Below, in pieces: positions 1 to 9,900 of a DNA stretch of 64,000 nucleotides. How positions within the stretch are numbered: the stretch's first letter is position 1; every line of letters starts with the position of its first letter. Source of the stretch: a virus (lineage: Duplodnaviria; Caudoviricetes); IMG/VR virus record IMGVR_UViG_2899595130_000003; one strand, 5' to 3'. The position numbers were made by a program, and so were the translations under genes. Under the pieces are notes generated by a model that was given only the letters and a program-made list of their open reading frames with translations, was not told the DNA's origin and made no database searches.

Positions 1-275
1 TTTTTTATAGTATTCTGAAGTAATTTCTTTTTGTAATTATTTTGGAGATAATAAATGAAAGATTCGGTCATGTTTTCAGAAAAACTGTCTGTGTATAAGG
101 TTATACTTAAGTGTTTTTCAAAATTGGATAATTTGTTACATAAGTTATAATAACGGGATTTGTAAGTATTGTCCCGTTTGGAATGAGCCAACCAAAACCG
201 AATAAATGGTATGAGTTCAGTGGATCCAGAATCATTTTCTTTGAAAAGTGATCTGATTATTGAAAATATATTCAT
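1..275 (-). CDS. Partial ORF (runs off the left edge); N-terminus resembles the SAM-like/core-binding domain of Bacteroidales tyrosine recombinases
   Basis: Manual translation from ATG at 275: MNIFSIIRSLFKENDSGSTELIPFIRFWLAHSKRDNTYKSRYYNLCNKLSNFEKHLSITLYTDSFSENMTESFIYYLQNNYKKKLLQNTIK, open to the edge. The 'Y..L...L..FE....L....F...F..YL......L..NTI' pattern is typical of integrase SAM-like domains. No catalytic domain is visible. Confidence 0.5.
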   Translation of the reverse strand, partial: MNIFSIIRSLFKENDSGSTELIPFIRFWLAHSKRDNTYKSRYYNLCNKLSNFEKHLSITLYTDSFSENMTESFIYYLQNNYKKKLLQNTIK

Positions 276-325
276 AATTTTGTCCCTGACTTTAATTTAA
301 GTTTCACGATTTATTTTTAAAGTTT

Positions 326-358
326 GCCCCGACCGGTTGCAGCTGGCCGGGGCTTTTA
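326..358 (-). terminator. GC-rich hairpin, probable intrinsic terminator or processing hairpin
   Basis: gccccg...cggggc stem immediately after the stop of ORF 360-623, flanked by T/A runs. Confidence 0.5.
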
Positions 359-359
359 A

Positions 360-623
360 TTAAAAAATTGATGACAGTTTAATCTCGTCATCCGATATTT
401 GTTCAATGTAAGGCTTTAAAGTTTCTAACCCTTTTTCTGACAATTCGATTGTAAACCAATTGAAATCTTGACCATTCCATCCTTGCCAGTTCGGCTTACT
501 ACTTAGATTTTTAGCTCCTATCATTTTACGGGACTTAGTAATAGTGTTTATAAGCCCTATAGATTTCATCCAATTACTCAAAAAACCAAATCCGTACGTG
601 TTAGCGATCCAATACTTTTTCAT
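360..623 (-). CDS. Hypothetical protein (accessory gene with its own promoter)
   Basis: ORF track 360..647; the ATG at 623 (MKKYWIANT) is the more likely start; upstream TATCTTTG -7 element at 686-693. Confidence 0.6.
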   Translation of the reverse strand: MKKYWIANTYGFGFLSNWMKSIGLINTITKSRKMIGAKNLSSKPNWQGWNGQDFNWFTIELSEKGLETLKPYIEQISDDEIKLSSIF

Positions 624-685
624 GACTTTATATTTTTTATGTTTCACGATTCAGGGTTGCAGCCCTGGTAATCTTGATTACGATA

Positions 686-751
686 CAAAGATATACAATA
701 TGTTGCGTATGTGCAACAATATAAAGGTTTAAATGTTGCAAATAAGCAACA
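686..751 (-). promoter_or_regulatory. Bacteroidetes-type promoter (TATCTTTG) with two TGTTGC-N6-GCAACA operator palindromes
   Basis: caaagata at 686-693; TGTTGCgtatgtGCAACA at 701-718 and TGTTGCaaataaGCAACA at 734-751. Confidence 0.65.
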
Positions 752-837
752 TTTAACATTGTAGCATAAATATCCGCCCTATTCTTCACGAACCGGACGG
801 ATCAATAATCTACTAATACTAATATACCATGAAAACA

Positions 838-1236
838 TCATTTCTTTTTTCTAATTAGCCAGACAACCACATAACCTATACCAAGCAAAGCAATCCCGGA
901 TAACATCCCGATAGCCCAGCCCCCGACGTCCATTTTAGTTTTTTGCCATCGCGTTAATTCCTTCTCGACCGGATAAGGAACCCGAATAGTATCATTCACC
1001 AACAATGTATCAGTCACCAACCTATCTTTATAGAGATACCGCCAGCGATCTATGAACACCGTATCTCCTTTCTCTCTCATGAAAATCGAATCACGAAAGT
1101 AGACACTATCCCGCTGTAGCCTATCTTTGTATTCTGTCCTAATCGATTCGACCGGCACGTACTGTATTCGGCTTTTACAACCTATGAAGGACAGAACCAG
1201 TAGGACACATATTATATATATAGGCAATCTTCTCAT
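838..1236 (-). CDS. Putative unimolecular spanin-like lipoprotein
   Basis: N-terminal lipoprotein signal (LSFIGC), beta-rich middle, C-terminal TM helix followed by a basic tail; directly downstream of the endolysin. Confidence 0.65.
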   Translation of the reverse strand: MRRLPIYIICVLLVLSFIGCKSRIQYVPVESIRTEYKDRLQRDSVYFRDSIFMREKGDTVFIDRWRYLYKDRLVTDTLLVNDTIRVPYPVEKELTRWQKTKMDVGGWAIGMLSGIALLGIGYVVVWLIRKKK

Positions 1237-1238
1237 CT

Positions 1239-1820
1239 CTATACTCCTATATAATTAATAATTCCTTCTACCATAATACCTGTTACGCACTTTTTGCCTT
1301 CTTCCGACAACAAAAAGTCAACGTCTTCCCGGTTGTCTTGAAAGAAGTTCTCCACCAGAACCGCCGGACAGAGCGTGTCTCGGCAGATTGCCAGATTCTG
1401 AACCCAGAAGTCCTGACCGGGTGCAGGTCGGCGCACGGTCACTCCTATTTTGTCGGCAGCTTGCGCCAAACAACTAGCCAGCTTTCGGCTATTATAAGAA
1501 GCGTTATTCGACACAAACACACTCCAACCGTGAGCATCCATCCATTCTTTTCCGGATCCAGCTGCATTGCAATGAATCGATACTAAGACTACTTGCCGAC
1601 CTGCATCGTGATATAATTCGTTTGCTCGCCGGCATCTTTCTGATAAAGGAACATCAATCTCTTCCTTCACTATCCGTTCAGCCTCAATGCCTTGCTTCCT
1701 TAACTCCACTACCACCCGGTCGGCTATCTCCCGACAGTAGGCGTATTCTCGTAATTTTCCATCGGGTGAACGTTTCCCCGATGTGTTCTCTCCGTGACCA
1801 TTGTCAATCAATACTTTCAT
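1239..1820 (-). CDS. Endolysin, N-acetylmuramoyl-L-alanine amidase (Amidase_3)
   Basis: Motifs IDNGHG, E(Y/W), LSERCRRAN, VSIHCNA, PAVLVENFF. Confidence 0.95.
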   Translation of the reverse strand: MKVLIDNGHGENTSGKRSPDGKLREYAYCREIADRVVVELRKQGIEAERIVKEEIDVPLSERCRRANELYHDAGRQVVLVSIHCNAAGSGKEWMDAHGWSVFVSNNASYNSRKLASCLAQAADKIGVTVRRPAPGQDFWVQNLAICRDTLCPAVLVENFFQDNREDVDFLLSEEGKKCVTGIMVEGIINYIGV

Positions 1821-2275
1821 TTCTTTTCCTCCTGTACTTTTTTAATGGCATTCGCCAAAACATCTGTCAATATATCTTTTGTTAGAACCTTACTTACAAG
1901 CTGCGCTGTCTTATTGGCTTGTCTTCGCTGTTTGGCATCCGCCTTCTCCCAGATGGAACGAACTTCCGTTACAAGAATAAATACGGATATGATAGAAGTC
2001 ACGACCGGCACCCGGCTTAAGGGTGACAGGTGAATAAACTCCCAAAACCTGCATACATAACAGATGGAATCAATTCCCGAAGCTATACACATGCTACCGG
2101 CATAGAGAATAAACTTACTTACCGTCCTACGAAGGCCATAAGAGTTACGTTCTTCATGCCGTAGTTTAGCTTTATAATACCCTGAACAAAAATCCCAGCC
2201 CATTGCTATGAGCACAACGAAAAACTCAAAGATGGTTAGTATCAACATCTCATAGATCCCTTCAAACATCCTCAT
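1817..2275 (-). CDS. Phage holin
   Basis: Three hydrophobic segments, 'D..SG..KA....S.GLRRT..K' and 'E..SI.E' patterns of holin family 4; overlaps the endolysin start. Confidence 0.85.
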   Translation of the reverse strand: MRMFEGIYEMLILTIFEFFVVLIAMGWDFCSGYYKAKLRHEERNSYGLRRTVSKFILYAGSMCIASGIDSICYVCRFWEFIHLSPLSRVPVVTSIISVFILVTEVRSIWEKADAKQRRQANKTAQLVSKVLTKDILTDVLANAIKKVQEEKK

Positions 2276-2309
2276 TCTACACCTCCTTTACATGTAATAT
2301 ATATATCAA

Positions 2310-2732
2310 TTAAAAATACTTCAACCATCCCAGCGTACGATGAGAACGTCTCTGGGCGCAAGGCCTCATGTACTCACCTTGTAAATCATACGCCTCCCTT
2401 TCAAATGAAATGGAACGATAAACTCTTCTCCAATCCCTCTGAATGATTAGCTTTATCAGCCATTCAACCAAATAAAGGATATAAAAGAGAGTAAAGGGTA
2501 ACACGATAGCCCACCACCACTGTAAGGCAAAGAAGGCTATTAACATTAAGAATCCGCCGAGCATGGCGCAGTCAGCGAATTGCTCCCGATGAATACATTC
2601 ATGCTCGTAGGTTGTTCTACTGAAGGTTTCCTTTGTTTGCTTGGTCAAAATAAGGCCAAAGAACATAATTGTGCTGTATCCCTCTTTGAGGAATAACTTC
2701 GCGAACCAGTTGTTGTAAAATACGGCTTTCAT
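2310..2732 (-). CDS. Membrane protein with HExxH zincin-like motif
   Basis: YEHECIHREQ followed by two TM segments and SFEREAY. Confidence 0.6.
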   Translation of the reverse strand: MKAVFYNNWFAKLFLKEGYSTIMFFGLILTKQTKETFSRTTYEHECIHREQFADCAMLGGFLMLIAFFALQWWWAIVLPFTLFYILYLVEWLIKLIIQRDWRRVYRSISFEREAYDLQGEYMRPCAQRRSHRTLGWLKYF

Positions 2733-2763
2733 AAGTTTTATTTTTTAATTGATATATAATTCA

Positions 2764-5700
2764 TTATCTCCAATTATTATCCTCATACCCGTTCCTAAGC
2801 CAGCCACGGCCTAGCCGTTCGGGAGGCAGGGAAGGAAGCATGAATCCTTCTATATTGGTATAATCGGCTACACATCCCCCAGGGAGCTCCTGTAAGAACC
2901 CGTTTGAATAGATATGAACCGGCCACGCGTCGCTGCCGTTAACCACTTTGACCGTTTTGCTCACAGCTTTAATATCCACCTGTAAGGTGGCATCGAAAGA
3001 ATCGACCATATTATAGCGGTAAGTTCCGGAGGAGACATTAAAAATCACAAGTCCTACCGGCATCCCGGCGCCATCCTCATTCGCGCAGTACAATGGGAGG
3101 TTATAGTAAGTTTCAGTATTCGTACCAACGAGAGGCGTTAAAGTTATAGTAACTTTTTTGCTTCCTCCCAGACCGTTTGTATAATAATAAGCGTATGATC
3201 CATATACCACCATCGTGCAGTTCATCCTGGCTCCGAACCCTCCCCGGCACCAGATATCGGAGGAAAGGAACCTTAAACTTCGTCCATCCTTCCCGCCCTG
3301 ATGTTGTATATCCCCATTGTCAAACCAGATACGTCCGCTATCTCCATCAAAAGTGAGCCTGCCCATTTCTTCTCCTTTACTATTGACGCATTTAAGGTTT
3401 TTAAAAGATCCACTTACACCCTCCAGGCTGCCGGCGAATATTCCATCCCGGCCATACACCGTGCCGTCAAAAATAACATTTCCTTTGGCATCCCAGCGGA
3501 CATTTCCTTTAGCCAGCTGCCCGGAACCATCCAAACGGAAGACTATAGAGGCCAGGTCTTTGATCGCCTCTGTTAGAAGTCCTCCATACCAAGCCACTAC
3601 ATCGTTATCGTTTTTTGCCGTTCCATTGATACCGGCTTTTTCTTGCCAGAGGGTTCCGTCTTTAACGCCTAGCTTTACAAGGCTGGTAAGAAGAAGCCCC
3701 CCTATGACTGTTGTCTCATTGGATATGGCTTCTTTTAAGTAGTCCAGCTCCTGGATTTTTTCAAGTTGCTCCTGAATAAGCCTCTCCAGTTCAGCCTTGA
3801 TATTATCGACATAGGCTTTCGCGGCTACAGCGATAGATTCAAGGATGGTTTGCCGACGCGTGTAATAAGTGGCTATATTGTTATAGTCACTTTCCACACT
3901 AATGTTTTCCGGCGAAGGAGCCGTGTATTTATCCAAGGCATTAATGGCCTTCAAGTAAGCGTTATAGTAATCAGTCCAGGCCGTCGAGGTATTCAGGTTA
4001 TAACGGGCTGTTTGTAGGGTTATTTCCTGATATTCTGCCTTAATATCGTTTTCTTGCTGTTTTAACGCTGTTTTTTCAGCCGGCGAAATGTGGTGGTCAC
4101 TTGCCCACTCATTCAACCGGCTGACAGAGGCTTCGGCCTCACGGGCAGCCTCGCTAGCGGTTTGTTTGGCTGTGTTGGCCGCGTCTTGGGCTGCTTGAGC
4201 CATATCGGAAGCCGTATCGGAAAAACCCTTTAGTTTGTCCTGAATGGCCGTATTCGCTTCCTGGATACGGGTGGAAAGATTAGCCAGGGCTTGGCTATAG
4301 AGAACAAACCGACTGTCTACCTCGTTCTTTTCAGCGATGGTTGTTTTATCGTCAGAAATGGCGGTCTGAATAGCCTGAATCAAATCCTCATGAGCACCCT
4401 TGTAGGTAATATTGGCGTTTAAAAGGTTTGTCTTGGCTGTGCCTTCGAGATAAGGGCTGGCATACAGTTTAGCATATTGGGCATCAACATCGGCCTTCTC
4501 AACGGTAAGGATATTGATATATTTTTCTATGGCTTTTGCTTCGGCCTCACTGATGATTCCATCTTTAAACGTTCCGTTTACTATATCTTGAAAATCACCT
4601 AAAGCCCCTGTCACTTCACTAATTTCTCTTTGTGCGGCATTGGCTGCGTTCTGTGCTTTTTGTATTTCATTACTAATTCCAGTCCATTCATCCAGATTTT
4701 CAATACCGGCCGATCCTTTGGCAAATTTGATTCGTCCGCCGATTTCACTGTTTGCCACATCGAAATAGGTTTTCCCGTCCGGGCTGATGATTTTATTAAT
4801 ACGCATCCAGCCGGGGCCGATCTCGGTGAAACCATATAGTGTTACAAAGCTTCTTTTTCCATCCGTTTCTGTTCCCAGTGTGCCCGCAAGGAAATAATAA
4901 TACCCGTCTACCGGATCCATACGGAATGCTTCTTCGGAAAGAATAAACTCACCGGTTGTGCCTTCTTTTGCACACTTGGCATAAAGGTACAGGGCTCCTT
5001 TGTCCCCCAGAAAAGGCGATGCGTATTCCGCCATGTCCCAGAAAAGATATTCAGAGGGTTCATGGGAAGACGAATACGTGTCAACACCCAAGGTTAGGTG
5101 TTGTAAGATGCCGGCAGGTGTAGAAAAAATCTTTGTTTCACTATTGTATATAAAGCTATGATCCACTTCTTGAGGGTTGTCTTTATTGTTTACGAACCTG
5201 AATTGCAGGCTTTCGCTACCCACCAGAATCGACATGGTTTGTACCCAGACAGGGTTAACACCCTTAGAAAAGTTTAAAAAAGCTTCCTCCAGCATGTTTT
5301 GTGTTTCGCGGGCATCACGGAACCGGCGTTTAGTGAAGGCAATCGAATCTTTATAGAGTGAATCCGTAGTTACCTCATTGGCATCTATTTTCCCCAAATC
5401 ATTTAAAATCGTACCAGACACAGGTAAATTAGAAAGTTCCAGTTGTGGGCTATAAGGCTTATTAATATAGTCCTTTACCCCGGTAATACGGATCAGTATT
5501 CCGGAAGGTTGGAATTGCAAGTCGGAGAATAAGACATAACCGCCGGGAAGTAGTTTTCCGCCAATCGAAAGCCAATTCTTTTTGGCGTGTATGGGGTCAA
5601 GCTCCCCGGAAAACGTAAACGAGCTTTCTTCGTGTTCCGAGAAATAACGGGCTGCCTCCCGGAACATGTCCCATGAAGCTCCAGTCTGGCTTCCGTTATC

Positions 5701-6915
5701 ACAGACATAAGAACCCGGCAAGGCGATGTTAAATACGGCGTATTCATCACCGGGTGAAATATTCCATTCAGCCGAAGGCATTAATATTCCATCATACTCC
5801 TGTTGAACGATTTTAAACCGCCTTTCTTTATGAATATAGCCGGTCAGTTCATCTTCCGTTTGTTCGAGGTCAAACTCTTTTCCGGCTAATAGCCCCGTTT
5901 GAAAAATCACTGTTGCTTTTTCTCCTGCGATCCGGTATTTAGAAAAGTCCAATCCTTCGGGGATAGAGGAATCTGTAAAATCATAGAAAACGGCTTTCTT
6001 CTTTTCTTCACCTTCGGCGGGTTCTTCATCCGTGATGTCTTTTCCGTCTTCGTCAACCTCAATTACTGACGATACGGTTCCTACTCGTTTTGGGTAGATA
6101 TCACTACAATCGATGCTGTCCTCGTTGATATCATTTAAACCAGATCCGGAGCGGGTGATATACATGCCGTGTTCATCCGTGACATATACGTTTCCGTTAT
6201 AAGATAAACGCTGTGAAGTAGGTAAAAGAAGGGTTTTGCTTCCGTAAGTTGAGAAGTCGAGATTCTTTTCTCCCCCTTGTACGTAAAGTAAATTCACGGG
6301 TTGTTTATCCCCTTCGTTTACCCTTCCTACACCGGTTCTAAAGCCATGGCCTTTACCATAACTTAAAGGAACAGGCGAAGTTTTAAATTTCTCTACCTTG
6401 CAGAAATTGATCGTTTTCCCGGCTATTTCCCATTCTGTATCAAATTCTTCGGCTAGACGGTTAAGGACGTCATAACAAAACTCATGATTAAAAGCCAGGT
6501 TCTTTTGCGCTGCTTCAATACAAATCCCCCGGCTCCAACCTGAATCATAAGCGTTCAGATTGTCTACTAACAGGTCGATAAACATAGCCGGATTACCTAC
6601 CAGATCAAACTTTAATTTCCTAGGAATGGAAGATAAAAGCTTGTACTTGACTTTCTTTAGCCGTTCCTGGTTTCCGCCGAAAGTGACCGTATATTCGAAA
6701 TTTCGGCTACTGTGCTTTTTAAAGTTCTCCGGTCTCCAAAGGGTGTAGCGTTCGCCCTGAAATTCTATGTAGGAACCGACAGGTAGTTCTACGTGTTGTA
6801 CCAGGCTATAATAAAGCGTTAAACTGTTATCTTTCATGATAGATCGGTAACGGTAGCTTTTGTCGTTTACCTGGATATTTAGGAGGGGTCCTCCTGAATT
6901 GTTATAGATTATCAT
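2764..6915 (-). CDS. Tail hub/spike (Tal-like) protein with coiled-coil stalk
   Basis: 1383 aa; N-terminal tail-hub-like region, Ala/Gln-rich coiled coil with repeated D..IS.AE motifs, Gly-rich beta C-terminus; located in the tail module. Confidence 0.75.
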   Translation of the reverse strand: MIIYNNSGGPLLNIQVNDKSYRYRSIMKDNSLTLYYSLVQHVELPVGSYIEFQGERYTLWRPENFKKHSSRNFEYTVTFGGNQERLKKVKYKLLSSIPRKLKFDLVGNPAMFIDLLVDNLNAYDSGWSRGICIEAAQKNLAFNHEFCYDVLNRLAEEFDTEWEIAGKTINFCKVEKFKTSPVPLSYGKGHGFRTGVGRVNEGDKQPVNLLYVQGGEKNLDFSTYGSKTLLLPTSQRLSYNGNVYVTDEHGMYITRSGSGLNDINEDSIDCSDIYPKRVGTVSSVIEVDEDGKDITDEEPAEGEEKKKAVFYDFTDSSIPEGLDFSKYRIAGEKATVIFQTGLLAGKEFDLEQTEDELTGYIHKERRFKIVQQEYDGILMPSAEWNISPGDEYAVFNIALPGSYVCDNGSQTGASWDMFREAARYFSEHEESSFTFSGELDPIHAKKNWLSIGGKLLPGGYVLFSDLQFQPSGILIRITGVKDYINKPYSPQLELSNLPVSGTILNDLGKIDANEVTTDSLYKDSIAFTKRRFRDARETQNMLEEAFLNFSKGVNPVWVQTMSILVGSESLQFRFVNNKDNPQEVDHSFIYNSETKIFSTPAGILQHLTLGVDTYSSSHEPSEYLFWDMAEYASPFLGDKGALYLYAKCAKEGTTGEFILSEEAFRMDPVDGYYYFLAGTLGTETDGKRSFVTLYGFTEIGPGWMRINKIISPDGKTYFDVANSEIGGRIKFAKGSAGIENLDEWTGISNEIQKAQNAANAAQREISEVTGALGDFQDIVNGTFKDGIISEAEAKAIEKYINILTVEKADVDAQYAKLYASPYLEGTAKTNLLNANITYKGAHEDLIQAIQTAISDDKTTIAEKNEVDSRFVLYSQALANLSTRIQEANTAIQDKLKGFSDTASDMAQAAQDAANTAKQTASEAAREAEASVSRLNEWASDHHISPAEKTALKQQENDIKAEYQEITLQTARYNLNTSTAWTDYYNAYLKAINALDKYTAPSPENISVESDYNNIATYYTRRQTILESIAVAAKAYVDNIKAELERLIQEQLEKIQELDYLKEAISNETTVIGGLLLTSLVKLGVKDGTLWQEKAGINGTAKNDNDVVAWYGGLLTEAIKDLASIVFRLDGSGQLAKGNVRWDAKGNVIFDGTVYGRDGIFAGSLEGVSGSFKNLKCVNSKGEEMGRLTFDGDSGRIWFDNGDIQHQGGKDGRSLRFLSSDIWCRGGFGARMNCTMVVYGSYAYYYTNGLGGSKKVTITLTPLVGTNTETYYNLPLYCANEDGAGMPVGLVIFNVSSGTYRYNMVDSFDATLQVDIKAVSKTVKVVNGSDAWPVHIYSNGFLQELPGGCVADYTNIEGFMLPSLPPERLGRGWLRNGYEDNNWR

Positions 6916-6916
6916 A

Positions 6917-9900
6917 TCAGTTTATATTTAATTGTTGTTCAATATTCTTAAGGCGGACGTCTAAGGCTCGGTAATCGGCCATAACAACACCGCTTCTTTG
7001 GGATAGGACAACGCTGGAAGGCGGTTCGTATTCCGGGCCGGGGCCTCCCCAGCTTTGGGGAACCTCTTGCCAATTGGTAGCCTTTGAACAGCCTAAAAAA
7101 CAGTTTAAACTAGTTACATTCTTTCCATAGTACAGAATCCAAAGAGGGGGGAGATTCCCTTCCACTTTGTTACATGCAAGGAAACAATTACGGAAATTAT
7201 TTACCTTGAGACAGTTGTCAAACAAACCCACAGGAATGGAGGTGAGATTAGTGCAACCGTCGAAGCAATAATCGAAATTCTCAACCTCGGAACAGTTGTC
7301 AAATAAACCCACAGGAATGGAGGTGAGACTGGCACAGCCGTAGAAACAATAATTGAAGTTCTCAACCTCGGAACAGTTGTCAAACAAACCTGCTGGGATA
7401 GAAGTAAGGCTGGTACAGCCGTAGAAATAACGATCAAAACTATTCACATTTCTACATCTGTCGAACAAACCCTTCGGGATAGAAGTAAGGCTAGTACAGC
7501 CAGAGAAACAAGCACCGAAGTACATCACCGAGCAGCCATCAAACAAACCGGCGGGAATGGAAGTAAGGCTAGTGCAACCCTTGAAACAAGATTGCATGAA
7601 CCTCGCCTCAGGACAGTCACCAAACAAATCCGCTGGGATGGAAGTGAGGCTAGTGCATTTTTCGAAACAAGAACTGAATTTCCCAACCTTGTGGCAGTTA
7701 ACAAACAAACCTGCCGGAATAGAGGTGAGACTGGTACAATAGCCGAAACAAATACCGAAATCCGTCACATTGGGACAAGTATCAAACAAACCTGCCGGAA
7801 TAGAGGTGAGACTACTGCATTGGGCAAAACAACCACCGAAATTCGTTGCATTGACACAGTTTTCAAACAAGCTCACAGGAATATAAACGAGTTTATCACA
7901 CCGCCTGAAACAATCTTGGAAACTCGTCCTTTCCCTGTCATTTTTAAAAATATCCCCTATAATTCTTAAAGCCATTGAATCGTTAGTACTAAAATAAAAG
8001 CTTAACCCTTTAACCTGGCTATTCCCAATGCTCCAATAAGCACACATAGATGAAAATATGGATGTGCCGATATTCCCTCTTGAATCATAAGAGAAATTGC
8101 AATACGTTACATTCTCGCAACCGCGAACCTCCACGTTATAAAGGTCTGTGGTAGTATATAAATGTTCATATATTTTTTCACCCTCTCCAGTCGCCTCTGT
8201 TGTAGTTCCATCTCCCCAGTCAATTACGTACGCATTATCGGTAGAAGAAATTTTCAGGCTGGTACCCTTTGTTAGCCCGGTGGAATTTCTTAGAAGCATT
8301 TGGATATTACCATTTTCTTCCGGTTTCCAATTTTCCCAGTTAACATACGTTCTGACAATTTCCGTTATATCGCTGGTATCGACTGTTATACTACCGGCTG
8401 TAAATTCGTATTTGCGATTTTCTACCCTGTATTCATAAGTGCCTTTAGACAGGCTAAGGTCACATTCCCCATAGCGATTGGTTGTTTTTGTCTGACCATT
8501 ACAGGTTATTGTCGAGCCAACCACCAGGTTGCCAAATTCATCTTTAACGGTAAACCTGACATTTACCGCTTGATAAACATAGATAGTATCGCTATAATCA
8601 ATTACCTGCGCAGGAACAGCAAAGGGTTGAATTTGATACCCAGGGGCCGATACGGTTCCCGTGACAGCCTTCCTGGTACGGATGTAGACATACCCGTTAT
8701 TGTCACTTGTATAGGTTTTCCCGTCTATAGTGACTGTGGCACCGGCGGGATAAATAGAGGTGTTATAGATTTGTACCCGTAACGTTAACAGCGGGATGTA
8801 AACGGCCGTAACGGTCACCGTTCTTGTTCCGGATACTATGTAATCACCACTACAATCCTCGTGATTGTCACAGTGAAACGTGTAGCTGATTGTCGTATCA
8901 TCATCTGCTATTACCGTATAAGTCGTTTCATCCACTTTTTTATAAGGCAAATTACATTCAAGAGAAGAGTTTGCGATTACCTTGTTTCGGGAGGATTTAA
9001 ATATAAAAGTTGTTATCGTAGGTGGGAGCAACCGTCCGTAAGTAATAGTTAGTTCGGGAAAATTTTCCTGTAATTCGGCGAGTTGGTCTTCCCTTGCTAC
9101 GGCAACATAATACTTCCCTGTCACTATAGCCTTTTGGGTATTATTCCCGTTCTCATCGATACCGCCCAAGTCTTTTAACTTGTAAAGGGTGTTCAGGTTA
9201 TTTGCCATCCCGTCAATACCGATAAGGCGTACGCGGCTTAACCTTATAGCCGGTAAGGTTAAACACCTCTCGATAAGGGAAAGGATATCTATCCCTGAAT
9301 TTTCATAGATGAGGGTAGACAAGTTATCTACGCCGGCTATTTCGAAGCTTCCATCCAGCAGCTTGGGTTGGTTCTTTAACGACAAATTCGTTATGGTTCC
9401 CGGCAGGTATAATTTAGACAAGTTGCCTCCCTGTGGTAAATTTACGGCCGTAATAGAAGTGCCTTGTGCGTAAATCTCTTCGATGTTTGTGCAATTCCGC
9501 ACGTCGATCGGTTCGGAATATTCCGTACAGTTTCTAACATCGAGCTTTTTTAGCATCCGGTTTTCACCGATAGAAAGCGTATGAAGGTTCCTGTTTTGGT
9601 ACCCCTCTACACCGCTGCCTACTATCAACTCTTTTAATTTTACCATCTTGGAGACATCGACCGTACCGGGATAAAGCGGTGACAGATCACCCAGTGAAGC
9701 AATAAGGGAGGCACCGTAAATAATCGTTTCCGTATCGTTGAATTGCATGCCGGAAGGGGCAACCATTTTTATTGTTTCGTTAAATCCTACGCGGGCCGAT
9801 TTCGTTACCGATCCCCACTTGATGTTAAAGTACATGGCATTGAACGAAGTGAGGGTAATATCGGCGCACGGCTCTATCCCTGCCCATTCCGCCGGGGTAT

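Noticed and set aside
1-840. Left attachment site (duplicate of the ssrA 3' end)
   Set aside because: No copy of the tmRNA 3' sequence was seen; the prophage evidently continues beyond the window
7080-7920. Regularly spaced repeats as a possible CRISPR array or DGR VR/TR pair
   Set aside because: The repeats are in-frame coding LRR units without unique spacers; no cas or reverse transcriptase gene and no adenine-specific TR/VR pair were seen
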